Counted from the first letter of the stretch, positions 20,267-29,625 are shown. The stretch: 64,000 nt of DNA from Candidatus Obscuribacteraceae bacterium (GCA_044226015.1 JBGAHS010000002.1:96001-160000); one strand, 5' to 3'. Notes: a model not told the origin generated them from the letters alone. A program made the numbers and translations.

Positions 20267-21532
20267 ATGAACAGAATTTTTCTCAGTTGCGGTCTATTGC
20301 TGGTATTTTGCACTCAATGTGCAATCGGTCAGCAAAACTCGAATAGCGCCTACAATGAAGCCATTAAGTTAGCAAAATCTGGCCAGGCATTTGCAATAAA
20401 GCGAGACTGGCGAAATGCGTGCGCAGCTTATGAGCAGGCTTTGAAGATTTATCCGAACTATCCCGCCGTGAGAGTTGCACTGGCAAATGCATATGCAGAA
20501 TCTGCCAGCCTGCTCAAAGGTCAAGATGCAACTCCGTATTACAAAAGAGCTGCAGAACTAGACCCGAATAATACTCGCGCCAAAGACTGGCTAAATTCCA
20601 GCAGCAGTGGAAGTGCCGGTGCGAATGCCGGTCCAGGCACTAGTTCAAACTTGAGTGTTCAAGCAAATTCTGTCGCCAAGATTACAGACGGAAAGACAGA
20701 GTCACTGAGTCAATCAAACTCTGAACCATCTGATCTAGCCAGTCTGCCCGACGAAGATCGTGTTCCCATTAACAAGCGGCTTGGAAGGCTGATGGTAAAT
20801 GGTGAGGTTAATGGAAAGACAATAGAAATGCAATTCGACACTGGTGCAGAAGTCACCATGATTGGTGTCAATCACTTGAAAGAAATGGGGATTGACATCT
20901 CAAAGCTCAAGGGTGAAGCAGCTTACATCGGTGGCTCTGGTGGAAGTGCAATCAAAACACTGATTGTTCCACTAACGCTGCGCCTGGGAAAAACCAGCCG
21001 CAAAATCCCCTTCTTTGTGCATCCAAATTTGCCCTCACCACCTTTGGTAGGGCAGAGCTTCTTGCGAGGACTTCAATACGAAGTAAATAACCAGCTCTCA
21101 GTATTGATCTTACGAAAACCAAAAGCAGAACCAGTCGCCTCCAAACCTATTGATCCGAGAGACCGAAACGTAGTTGCTTTCACAATGCAAGGTAAGAGCA
21201 TCGTAGTAAATGTTGATGTTTGTGGCAAATCTGTCCCGATGATATTTGATACCGGTGCTGATGGCATAGCATTTCCACTGTCAGTCTGGAAACAACTGGA
21301 TTTAAAGGCAGCGCACCTCCTGGGAATGGGCACATCTACCGGTGTTGATGGAACTCGCCCCGTATTGGCTTATAGAGTGGAGAAGATTGACTTCGGCCCG
21401 GTAAATCTTCGCGATGTCACAGTAATGGTGAGTAACCCGGGTCCTCATATGCCTCTTTTGGGACAGAGGGTTCTGGGAGCCGAGAAGTACATTATTGACG
21501 AGAAAAGAAAGTTGATTATCTTTCACCGTTGA
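20267..21532 (+). CDS. Exported TPR protein with two retropepsin-like aspartic protease domains
   Basis: Signal peptide; TPR (AYEQALKIYP, YYKRAAELDP); QFDTGA...LVGQSFL and IFDTGA...LLGQ. Confidence 0.85.
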   Translation: MNRIFLSCGLLLVFCTQCAIGQQNSNSAYNEAIKLAKSGQAFAIKRDWRNACAAYEQALKIYPNYPAVRVALANAYAESASLLKGQDATPYYKRAAELDPNNTRAKDWLNSSSSGSAGANAGPGTSSNLSVQANSVAKITDGKTESLSQSNSEPSDLASLPDEDRVPINKRLGRLMVNGEVNGKTIEMQFDTGAEVTMIGVNHLKEMGIDISKLKGEAAYIGGSGGSAIKTLIVPLTLRLGKTSRKIPFFVHPNLPSPPLVGQSFLRGLQYEVNNQLSVLILRKPKAEPVASKPIDPRDRNVVAFTMQGKSIVVNVDVCGKSVPMIFDTGADGIAFPLSVWKQLDLKAAHLLGMGTSTGVDGTRPVLAYRVEKIDFGPVNLRDVTVMVSNPGPHMPLLGQRVLGAEKYIIDEKRKLIIFHR

Positions 21533-21553
21533 GATTCAATCTATTTGCAGCAT

Positions 21554-22147
21554 TTATTTCTTGGCGCGTTGCTTTACTGCATCAGCTAGCCTTGTAAATT
21601 TCGGCGTAAACCAATACTTGCGCATTTCTTTATAGGTTTCATCGTAACCCCAGTCCTCTTGGGTTACTCGCCAAATACCGACCATGCATCCTGTCCTGTC
21701 AGAGCCGTGTGCGCAGTGCACCAGCACACTACCTTTTGATGGATCCTTCTGAGCCTCTTTGAGCGTGCTCAGCAACGTGTCGACCTGCTTCTCGGTCGGT
21801 GGTGCCGAAGTCATCGTCAACATTATGTACTTCAAGCCCAGCTCGTTAGCTACTTTCTCCTCATCGAACGCTCTTTCTGAGGGCGCGCGCAAATCAATTA
21901 CCGTACGAACCCCCATGTCTTTGAGCTTATGCATTCCTGCGACGCTAGGTTCACCACTTCTATATAGGAATGGATGAACCTCATGAAAATTCGGCAAATC
22001 CTCGACCTTTTTCTTTTCGCTCGCCGTCTTAGTCAGAGTTTCATGGTTTTTGGCGTCAGCCGCCCCGCTGTCTTGCTCCGCAAACGATGGGGACAAGCAA
22101 GAAAGCGACAGCAAAGCAGAAATTAGGACGAATCGAGAAAGAGTCAT
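21554..22147 (-). CDS. Exported dual-specificity / tyrosine phosphatase family protein
   Basis: Signal peptide ending SFA; LPNFHEV, LYRSGEP, VIDLR and the P-loop VHCAHGSDRTG. Confidence 0.88.
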   Translation of the reverse strand: MTLSRFVLISALLSLSCLSPSFAEQDSGAADAKNHETLTKTASEKKKVEDLPNFHEVHPFLYRSGEPSVAGMHKLKDMGVRTVIDLRAPSERAFDEEKVANELGLKYIMLTMTSAPPTEKQVDTLLSTLKEAQKDPSKGSVLVHCAHGSDRTGCMVGIWRVTQEDWGYDETYKEMRKYWFTPKFTRLADAVKQRAKK

Positions 22148-22244
22148 TTTTTGTGAGCGCCTGCGGTAAGTATTGCAATTTAAGTTTAACGCAGAGGCGA
22201 TCTTAAGAGAAAGATTAAATCTCGCTCAAAGTTAATCAAAAAAT

Positions 22245-22270
22245 TGAACCTTTTCCCTCCGAATTACGTT
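22245..22270 (+). promoter_or_regulatory. Candidate ECF-sigma autoregulatory promoter
   Basis: TGAACC, 16-bp spacer, CGTT: the classic AAC/CGT ECF layout, about 40 bp upstream of the ECF gene. Confidence 0.65.
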
Positions 22271-22312
22271 TATAGGGTAGAACCGAAACAAGCAGTTTAG
22301 GGGAATAGACAA

Positions 22313-22942
22313 GTGGACCCGAGTGACGAGGTTCTTTTAGAACAATATCGAAAAACAAGGGATCCCATGCTCTTCAAAACCTTGATTCGGCGATTCCAAA
22401 ATCGTCTCTTTAATTCGGCCTTCCGAATTTTAGGGAATCAGGAGGAGGCTGAAGAGGTTGTGCAAGAAACTTGCATAAGAATCCATCAAAGCATTGATCA
22501 GTTTGCGAAATCTTCGTCGCTGTCATTTGCCGCATGGATTTTTCGAATAGCGCATAACACCAGTTATGACATTGTTCGCAACCGTTCCAGAAAAAAAATG
22601 AGCAACACAGTCGTTTTCGATCCTACAGCTGAAGAAATTGGGGAAAACGGTGATGGAAAAACCATCACGCAACTTTCTGATCCCACTTCAGACCCAGCTT
22701 TGAAAGTCGACCATCACGAACAATCACAAATGATTGAGAAAATGCTGGAGCAACTTCCAGACTCACAGCGCGTGGTGCTCATACTTCATGATGTCGAAGG
22801 CTTTTCCTATGCGGAAATAGCAGAGATAATCGGAGAAAAACTAGGCACAGTTCGCTCTCGCCTCCATTACGGTCGGTCGAAATTAAAGGAGCTTCTCACT
22901 CCATATTATTCAGCCGGCACTTTATCTCAATCTCCAAGGTGA
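22313..22942 (+). CDS. ECF RNA polymerase sigma factor (sigma-70 family)
   Basis: Region 2 (EEAEEVVQET, FAAWIFRIAHN) and region 4 (EGFSYAEIAEI, GTVRSRLHYGR). Confidence 0.95.
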   Translation: MDPSDEVLLEQYRKTRDPMLFKTLIRRFQNRLFNSAFRILGNQEEAEEVVQETCIRIHQSIDQFAKSSSLSFAAWIFRIAHNTSYDIVRNRSRKKMSNTVVFDPTAEEIGENGDGKTITQLSDPTSDPALKVDHHEQSQMIEKMLEQLPDSQRVVLILHDVEGFSYAEIAEIIGEKLGTVRSRLHYGRSKLKELLTPYYSAGTLSQSPR

Positions 22943-22948
22943 CAGCCC

Positions 22949-23869
22949 ATGTCTAATCCGGAAACTTGCCAGAAATATTCAGAATGCATGAGTGCATTCA
23001 TAGATGATGAACTTGCTGGTTCTGAACTCACAGAACTCCAAGAGCATTTGTCTAACTGCCCTTCTTGTGCTGAGGAACTTAGTGAGCTTGAGAAAGTAAA
23101 GAATGCGCTTGCCTCGTTGCCTAAGGCTCAAATGAAACGCGAGCTTGATTTTAGCTTTCTGGAAACTAATTCCAGTGCCAGCGATTGTGGGTCATTCACA
23201 GAGCTTCTTGATGCCTATCACGACAATGAGCTTGCCGCCGGTGAACGCTCTGATGTCGAAAAGCATCTAAGCGCATGCAACCCGTGCAGCCAAAAGCTCA
23301 GCGATATCGCAGCAGTGAGTTCAAGATTGAAATCACTACCTAAGATTGAACCATCTAGAGATATTGTTGGTGAAATGCAATTCGAAAACAAACAGAAGAA
23401 CAATGTCCTTCCGTTTAGGAAACACAGAATTGCTATTGCAACCGCTGCCGCAGCCGCTGTTGCAATTGTTTTTGCGATCAACTTCAAACCAGCAAATCAA
23501 CCTACGGTAGCAGTAAAACCGCAGACAGCACCAACATTGACAGCACAGCAAGCAATGCAAACAACAGCCCCTGCTAAACAGCCATCAAATGAAACTGAAC
23601 AAGCTTCAGCAACAGCACCTGAAATAGCGTCTAACACTGGAACGGAAGAGGCAACAACTGTTGGATTAGCAGCTCCAGAACCTGAACAAAAGCAGCCTAC
23701 CGCACAAAAACAAGTACCAGAGACTCAAGTTGCAGATTTAACGAAACCAAAAGCAGATGATTCAAAAGAGCAAAACGAAATTGCTTTGATGCCTGAAATC
23801 ACTGCCACAGGCGCAGATGCACTTGGAATTGCAACAGACGAGGACGGTCTATATGACATCAAGATCTAA
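22949..23869 (+). CDS. Membrane anti-sigma factor with two tandem zinc-finger (ZAS / zf-HC2) domains
   Basis: C...HLSNCPSC and C...HLSACNPC, then one TM helix and a low-complexity extracytoplasmic tail; directly follows the ECF gene. Confidence 0.88.
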   Translation: MSNPETCQKYSECMSAFIDDELAGSELTELQEHLSNCPSCAEELSELEKVKNALASLPKAQMKRELDFSFLETNSSASDCGSFTELLDAYHDNELAAGERSDVEKHLSACNPCSQKLSDIAAVSSRLKSLPKIEPSRDIVGEMQFENKQKNNVLPFRKHRIAIATAAAAAVAIVFAINFKPANQPTVAVKPQTAPTLTAQQAMQTTAPAKQPSNETEQASATAPEIASNTGTEEATTVGLAAPEPEQKQPTAQKQVPETQVADLTKPKADDSKEQNEIALMPEITATGADALGIATDEDGLYDIKI

Positions 23870-25010
23870 AACAAACACAATTCGATTTTCTCTAATGATG
23901 TCATCACTCTTGGCGCTAAGTTCGGGTTTTGTTGCGCTTACGGCTGATGCTCAGAACACACAAGCAAAGAAAACGTCACTGGCGCAAGCGAACACAGGCA
24001 ATGAAGCTGACACCGCAAGCGATACTGCATCTGACGACGTTCGTGCTCGAAGAATGAAAAAGATTCGAGAGTATATGCAATCAAACGGCGGTGCAGGAAA
24101 TGATGGCGAAATGCCCAGCTCGCGCATGAAACAACGTTATCCAAATATGGGTAGGGGTAGAACGAATTACGCTGGACAGGGCGGCTTCCGAGGCTCATTT
24201 GAGGGATTTGGTGGTCCGGATGGACCTGCTGGTCCCAATGGACCTGGAGGTCCCGATGGACCAGGTCCTGGTGGACCCGGCGGACCTGGCGGACCCGGCG
24301 GACCTGGTGGTCCCGGTGGACCTGGTGGTCCTGGTAGTCCCGGCGCTGGTGGACCTGGTCCCGATAGTTTTGCGGCTCGCTTCGGCAATCGCGGCGGACA
24401 AGACTTCCGCAAGCGATTTCGCGAAGGAAGAGAACATGCCGGTGGAGGTGGCTTCGGTGGAAGACAGCTCGACCTCACACCGCTCGGTCTCAACGATGAG
24501 CAAAAAGAAAAAATCAGAGTTATGCGCGAGCAAACCAAAACAAAGGTCAAAGACATCAGGAAAGACTTGCTCACGAAGCAAGACGAGATGCGAAAACTGA
24601 TGTTTAATCCTGATGCTTCAGAAGCTCAGATCAGAGCAGCATCGACACAAGTAAGAAAACTCCAAACTCAAATGGATGATGCAAATATGAATGATTTGCT
24701 TGCCATTAGAGGAATGCTAACTCCCGAGCAACGCAAAAAACTACCCGACTGCGCCCCCGGCCGAAAGAACGGTGGTCCCGGAGGTCCCATGATCGGTGGC
24801 GGACCCGGCGGATTTGGTGGCAGAGGCGGTCCTGGTGGTCCAGGTGGGTTTGGCCCGCCAGGTGGTCCCGGTGGCTTCGGTCCTCCCGGCGGTCCAGGCC
24901 AAGGCAATTTCTCCCAGGGGCAGCAAGATGACCCACTAGAGGCACCATTCAGAGCACGAAAGAGCGGAAGAAGAGCGCTTAAAGCGGACAACAACTCAGA
25001 ATCAAAATAG
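23853..25010 (+). CDS. Spy/CpxP-family periplasmic protein with Gly-Pro repeat flanks
   Basis: Signal peptide (ALTADA); LGLNDEQKEKI and MLTPEQRKKL (LTxxQ-type motifs); GPG repeat tracts on both sides. Confidence 0.82.
   Translation: MTSRSKTNTIRFSLMMSSLLALSSGFVALTADAQNTQAKKTSLAQANTGNEADTASDTASDDVRARRMKKIREYMQSNGGAGNDGEMPSSRMKQRYPNMGRGRTNYAGQGGFRGSFEGFGGPDGPAGPNGPGGPDGPGPGGPGGPGGPGGPGGPGGPGGPGSPGAGGPGPDSFAARFGNRGGQDFRKRFREGREHAGGGGFGGRQLDLTPLGLNDEQKEKIRVMREQTKTKVKDIRKDLLTKQDEMRKLMFNPDASEAQIRAASTQVRKLQTQMDDANMNDLLAIRGMLTPEQRKKLPDCAPGRKNGGPGGPMIGGGPGGFGGRGGPGGPGGFGPPGGPGGFGPPGGPGQGNFSQGQQDDPLEAPFRARKSGRRALKADNNSESK
24208..24362 (+). repeat. Coding 9-bp (Gly-Gly-Pro) tandem repeat
   Basis: GGPDGPAGPNGPGGPDGPGP(GGP)n with varied synonymous codons; a second tract lies at about 24771-24900. 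Confidence 0.9.
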
Positions 25011-25080
25011 TTTTAGTTCTTTTCTCCTTCAAGCAAACTGCAAGCACCATCCCGAACACAAATCCATACTGGAGGATCAC

Positions 25081-26292
25081 TTAGCCCAATTGTGGGTTCA
25101 CTATGAATTGTTCCAGTGCATCTTCGCGGGTGGTGAAGACAGTCGCTCTTTTACTTGATTCAATACCTAGCTTTCTGGCCGCTTCGCAGCACTCATGCAG
25201 GCGAATCTTCAGATTTTGATCAGGACTTTCCAGAGATTCAGAAAGAAGTTTGCGATCCACATTCCTTTCAGTGATTTTGTGATTTCGGTATGCACAAATC
25301 ATCAATCGAACAAGCGGAAACAAAACAAAAGCATTTCCATACATCCACAATGCCGTCAGGAAGCCGAAAGCTAAGGGCTTCGTAACAATGGACGGAAGCG
25401 TAGCAAAGGTGAAGTACATAAAGTTAGCACCAACAAAATTTAGAATTGCCAGAAACAAAACAGGCGACAAGTCACTGGATTTGATACCACTAAAATGCCA
25501 ATTCCTCTCTTGCAAATAGCCTGCCGTTTCAGAAGAATGAGAGGCAGAATCATTCTTCTCAAGGGATGGGAAATAATAGGCTATAGAACCACTCTCGGTC
25601 ACCACCGGCATTCCATCAAGACGGACTAAGACTTCGAGATCAAACTTCTCAAAATCCATATCTAGTGCCCAAACTCTTATTTGTTCAGGGACAACCATTC
25701 CATTATTGTCTCTGATGGTTCTTGCAGTGTTCACCCATCGCTCTTTTTCTAAGCCAGCATTCGGGTTGGCAGGTCCGAAAAGAAATGCGTAACAGTTTTC
25801 CAGAATCGGAGGAAGGCGCAAAAACTTTTTCTCGTCTTTTCCGTGACTATTTTTCACCATCTGAAGGAGTATCACGAAAAATTCGCGAAACATTTTTCTG
25901 GCAACAGCTTCCATATTGAAAAACACGGAAACGACCTCTAGAACTATAAAGCAAACTGAATAAACCAAAACGATCGACACAAATAAAGCAGCGCCAATTG
26001 CTAGCTTCAAGACAACAACCAATAGGTTTAAGAGCAAGCAGAAAAGAAATGAAAGTCCTCTGCTAAATGCGCTAGCTCTTGAGCGTAAGAGAATATTTGA
26101 AGGAAACCCGTAGGCAATTTTGCCATCTGACCTCACTTCTAGATGGGCAACACATTCAAATGCAAGTGCATTCAAACAGCGGTTAACACAGAGCACAGGT
26201 AGCCCAGTTCTTTCGACAACATCGGCAACAGTAACCATACCAGCGATTGAAGAAACCGCCCTGGCTACCGCGACCTTCTCTGCCTTATCCAA
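25081..26292 (-). CDS. Membrane protein resembling the conserved cyanobacterial/plastid At5g03900-type family
   Basis: VTVADVVERTGL...LEVRSDGKIAYGFP, FLFGPANPNAGLEKERW, IRDNNGMVVPEQI, DGMPVVTESGSIAYYFPSL and RNHKITERN, recognised from memory of the family. Confidence 0.7.
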   Translation of the reverse strand: MDKAEKVAVARAVSSIAGMVTVADVVERTGLPVLCVNRCLNALAFECVAHLEVRSDGKIAYGFPSNILLRSRASAFSRGLSFLFCLLLNLLVVVLKLAIGAALFVSIVLVYSVCFIVLEVVSVFFNMEAVARKMFREFFVILLQMVKNSHGKDEKKFLRLPPILENCYAFLFGPANPNAGLEKERWVNTARTIRDNNGMVVPEQIRVWALDMDFEKFDLEVLVRLDGMPVVTESGSIAYYFPSLEKNDSASHSSETAGYLQERNWHFSGIKSSDLSPVLFLAILNFVGANFMYFTFATLPSIVTKPLAFGFLTALWMYGNAFVLFPLVRLMICAYRNHKITERNVDRKLLSESLESPDQNLKIRLHECCEAARKLGIESSKRATVFTTREDALEQFIVNPQLG

Positions 26293-26307
26293 TCAACAGC
26301 CTCCGGC

Positions 26308-26988
26308 TTATGCCTTTGAACTCAACTTCTTTAAATAGACGTCTGTTTTTGCCAATTCGATTTTGTTATGCATTTTGCCCAGTATTTCTCGATAATCCTG
26401 CAAGAGTAAGAGGTCGTTGTTGCCATTTTGCTTCGACAAATTCTGGCTTGCAAAATACCTGGAGTAGGCTTTTGCAGCATTCAGGTTGTTTCCACATTTG
26501 CGATGAGAAAATGCAAGGCTCTGTAAAACGCGTCCCAACTTTGGATCCTTAAGCCCGTGTGATTCATATATAGCAAGGGCATCGTTCAAGACTCGGCTTG
26601 CGTGAGTATACATCTGCAACTTGCAATAGCTTATTCCAAGGTCTTCCAACACTTCGGCATACTGAACTGTCATCAATTGATTTTTCTTTGCCAACAGATG
26701 TAGCACCTTTTCAAAGGAGCTTATTGCAGGAAGATGCTTTCCTTCCATTTGCTGACAGACACCAAGCGAACGTAATGCCAGAATGCGATCAGCATCTGAA
26801 ATAGCCTGATGGTTTGACTGCCGAACTGCCAGCGCAAGGGAGTTCTCAGCATCGGCAAATCGCTCTTGATCAAGCTCTGCAAGCCCATCCTTCAGGTAGC
26901 GGCTAAACATGGCGGAGTATTGAGCACCACAGGCGGTGCAAGATTGAACAATAAGCAAAAGCAGCAAAGTTGAAACGACAGTTCTCAT
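26308..26988 (-). CDS. Exported TPR protein
   Basis: Hydrophobic N-terminus; repeats ALRSLGVC, VLEDLGISY and VLQSLAFSH. Confidence 0.75.
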   Translation of the reverse strand: MRTVVSTLLLLLIVQSCTACGAQYSAMFSRYLKDGLAELDQERFADAENSLALAVRQSNHQAISDADRILALRSLGVCQQMEGKHLPAISSFEKVLHLLAKKNQLMTVQYAEVLEDLGISYCKLQMYTHASRVLNDALAIYESHGLKDPKLGRVLQSLAFSHRKCGNNLNAAKAYSRYFASQNLSKQNGNNDLLLLQDYREILGKMHNKIELAKTDVYLKKLSSKA

Positions 26989-27106
26989 GGAAAGAGAGTC
27001 TCCGAATCGCTCAGGACAAAACGCAAACAAACGGTAGTAATCAACGTTTTAGTCTAAGCAAATTTCGTATAAAAGTCGTTAGGATGGCTTGCCTGATAGC
27101 TATCTG

Positions 27107-28429
27107 CTATTTTTTCTTCTTACCGGCGCCGCCCCAATCAAGCAGGAAATCATCATCTGGTTCCGGCTTATCTTCCTTAGCTGGAGCTGCTTCCTTAGGC
27201 TTCTCTTCTTTCTTCGGCGCTGCTGCTTTTGGCTTCGGCGCAGATTGAACGGGTGGAGGCGGCGCCATCATAGATGGGAACCCAATTATCGGAGGTGGCG
27301 GTGGAACCAAACCTGGTGCATGCTTGCCCGGCTTCGGTGCAGCAGGTGCTTTGGGCTCTGCTTTTTTGGGTTCAGCCTTCTTGGGTGGAGGAGTTTTGGG
27401 TCCTTCATCGATAGATTCATCAGGCTCAATCGAATTATTTACAGGTGCAGGTGCAGGTGTAGGCGGCTTTTTCTTAACAGGCGTGAGTAGAACGGCCTTT
27501 GAAGTCAGATTTGCCTTGAGACCTGTAGATGGAACCACTTCACCAGAACTTGCAGCCACCGCTGGCGAAGCTGGCTTCGGTTGAGCTTTCTTCTTCGCTT
27601 CAGCAGCTTTTGCTAATGCCTTCTTCCTTTCTGCCTCAGCCTTGGCTAAAGTTTTCTTCTTGTCTGCATCAGCCTTTTGCTGCGCCTTTTTCTTTTCTTG
27701 AGCCGCTAACTTTTCAGCATTTTCAGCTTGTTTGCGCTTCTCTTCTTCTGCCTTTTTCCTATCAGCATCAGCTTTGGCTTTAGCCTTTGCAGCATCAACC
27801 GAAGCCGTTGGTGGGTTCGTCAACTTCGGCGCTACATTCAGTTTGATTTGCGCTGGTGCAAAGCTAAGCCCCGGAAAGGTCCCCGGATTGCGCCCTTCAT
27901 AAACCGCCTTGTTTCGCTGAATTATTTGTTCAAGAGTTGAAAGCTCGTGATATGCGCGAATTGCATCATCATTACGTTCGTAATCTAGCGCCAATTCCTG
28001 ACGTGCAGCAATATCATCTCCGTGCTTTGAGAGAATAAGCGCCGCATGACGGGCAGCTTCCTCAGGCCGACCTTGCAATCGTTTCAGCTCGGCTAAACGA
28101 ATGTGGGCAGCAGTCGAATTTGGACTCAATTTTACGGTTTGGCTGAGATACTCTTCTGCCTTTGGAAACCGCGACACATTAAGGCAAAGCGAGCCCATAT
28201 CGAAATATATTTCTGCAAGAAACGGTGAGTCAGCACCGTAAGCACCGCGAGCCAGGTCAAGCGCCTGCTGATAACTGCTCAAAGCCGCATCTGTGTCACC
28301 GGCGAACTGCGCTTCGACGGCTCGGGTCCTCAACATGGTTATGCTTTTAGCCGTTTGCTCATCGGCGTGAGCTGGCAAAATCGTTAGAAAAGCGCTCAGA
28401 AGGCTGAAAATCAGAAATTGACGACGCAT
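27107..28429 (-). CDS. Exported TPR protein with K/A/E coiled coil and Pro-rich tail
   Basis: Signal peptide (PAHA), TPRs, a TolA-like KAE-rich segment and polyproline stretches. Confidence 0.78.
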   Translation of the reverse strand: MRRQFLIFSLLSAFLTILPAHADEQTAKSITMLRTRAVEAQFAGDTDAALSSYQQALDLARGAYGADSPFLAEIYFDMGSLCLNVSRFPKAEEYLSQTVKLSPNSTAAHIRLAELKRLQGRPEEAARHAALILSKHGDDIAARQELALDYERNDDAIRAYHELSTLEQIIQRNKAVYEGRNPGTFPGLSFAPAQIKLNVAPKLTNPPTASVDAAKAKAKADADRKKAEEEKRKQAENAEKLAAQEKKKAQQKADADKKKTLAKAEAERKKALAKAAEAKKKAQPKPASPAVAASSGEVVPSTGLKANLTSKAVLLTPVKKKPPTPAPAPVNNSIEPDESIDEGPKTPPPKKAEPKKAEPKAPAAPKPGKHAPGLVPPPPPIIGFPSMMAPPPPVQSAPKPKAAAPKKEEKPKEAAPAKEDKPEPDDDFLLDWGGAGKKKK

Positions 28430-28644
28430 TTATTGACATCCTCCATCAATCTATTCTAATCGCCCCCGAAAAAATGTGAAGTGGATAAACCCTGAGTTTC
28501 ATCTTTGCCTTGGAAAACGGTGGTTTCCTGTTACACTTATCAACGCTAACTCCGTTAAATTAGCCGGTCGATTTCTGGACCTTCGCAGCTTGGGTATAAA
28601 GCTAAGACGCAAAACGGAGATTTCCCCATTATACGGATTGAAAC

Positions 28645-29553
28645 ATGCGCCGACAAAGACATCGCACGCGCGGTAACAAAGAGTCTAATAATTCAAACAA
28701 TACTCAACAACCCGCACTGACTATTCCAGCAAGCACCGCCAGAGTCTACCAAACAGGTATTGACATTAACACCAACATTGGCGAAGGCTTCGGACCTTAT
28801 CGAATCGAAGGTGAAGACGAAATTCTTCCTTTCGTAACCTCGGCAAACATTGCCTGCGGAGCACATTCGGGCGACCCAGTTATCATGGAAGCAGCCCTTG
28901 AGGAAACAAGATATTTTGGCTTGACCCTGGGAGCCCACATTGGCTACCCTGACCTGGCAGGCTTTGGCAGACGCGAAATTCATTTGTCGCCAACAGAGCT
29001 GAGAGCATCCATTTTGTTTCAATTAGGAGCGCTCTCCGGATTGGCTCGAACTCTTGGCTTCGACATTTCACAAGTTCGTCCCCATGGCTTCCTGTACAGA
29101 CAGATGATGTCAGACCTCCGAGTTGCGTTAATCGTGGCTCGAGCTATTGCCGAATTCGACAAATGGCTGGTATTAATCGGACCCGCGGGTCAGACCCTTC
29201 TGCAAGCTGGTGAAAGAGCTGGTCTCAGAGTCGCTGGCGAAGCGTGGATAGACCGAATGTACGACGGAAACGGGCATCTTCTGCCTCACACTCACAGTCG
29301 TGCGCAACTCAAAAATCCACAAGAAATTTTGAAGCAAGCATCAATGCTTATCAACTACGGAACTGTCATGTCTTCAGAAGGAACACAGGTTCGTATCGAT
29401 TATCAAACACTCCATGTTCATGCAAAAATGCCTCAAGCGAAATTGGTTTGCGAGCAGTTGCGTAGCATCATTCCTTACGCCTGTTCATTGACCAGCGAAC
29501 CGTATGCAATCGACAACGAATCTGAACATATGTATCTCGCTTACAGCGAATAG
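28645..29553 (+). CDS. pxpA: LamB/YcsF family protein (5-oxoprolinase subunit PxpA-like), divergent
   Basis: IGEGFG, VTSANIACGAHSGDP, GAHIGYPDLAGFGRR and RPHGFLY. Confidence 0.8.
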   Translation: MRRQRHRTRGNKESNNSNNTQQPALTIPASTARVYQTGIDINTNIGEGFGPYRIEGEDEILPFVTSANIACGAHSGDPVIMEAALEETRYFGLTLGAHIGYPDLAGFGRREIHLSPTELRASILFQLGALSGLARTLGFDISQVRPHGFLYRQMMSDLRVALIVARAIAEFDKWLVLIGPAGQTLLQAGERAGLRVAGEAWIDRMYDGNGHLLPHTHSRAQLKNPQEILKQASMLINYGTVMSSEGTQVRIDYQTLHVHAKMPQAKLVCEQLRSIIPYACSLTSEPYAIDNESEHMYLAYSE

Positions 29554-29625
29554 TCCGTAGTCGCAGCCCTGGCTGCGCAAGAAAACTAAAATTCAGGCGC
29601 AACAAACGCGATATAGATTCAAATG

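Noticed and set aside
24167..24994. Collagen-like (GPP)n ORFs on the minus strand
   Set aside because: Antisense shadows of the GGP repeats in the Spy/CpxP gene, which has a signal peptide and family motifs.
27107..27320. Polyproline plus acidic-Trp tail (DDDFLLDWGG) reminiscent of WASP/Arp2/3 activators
   Set aside because: No WH2 or central motif; low-complexity tails of this kind are common, so the resemblance is likely chance.
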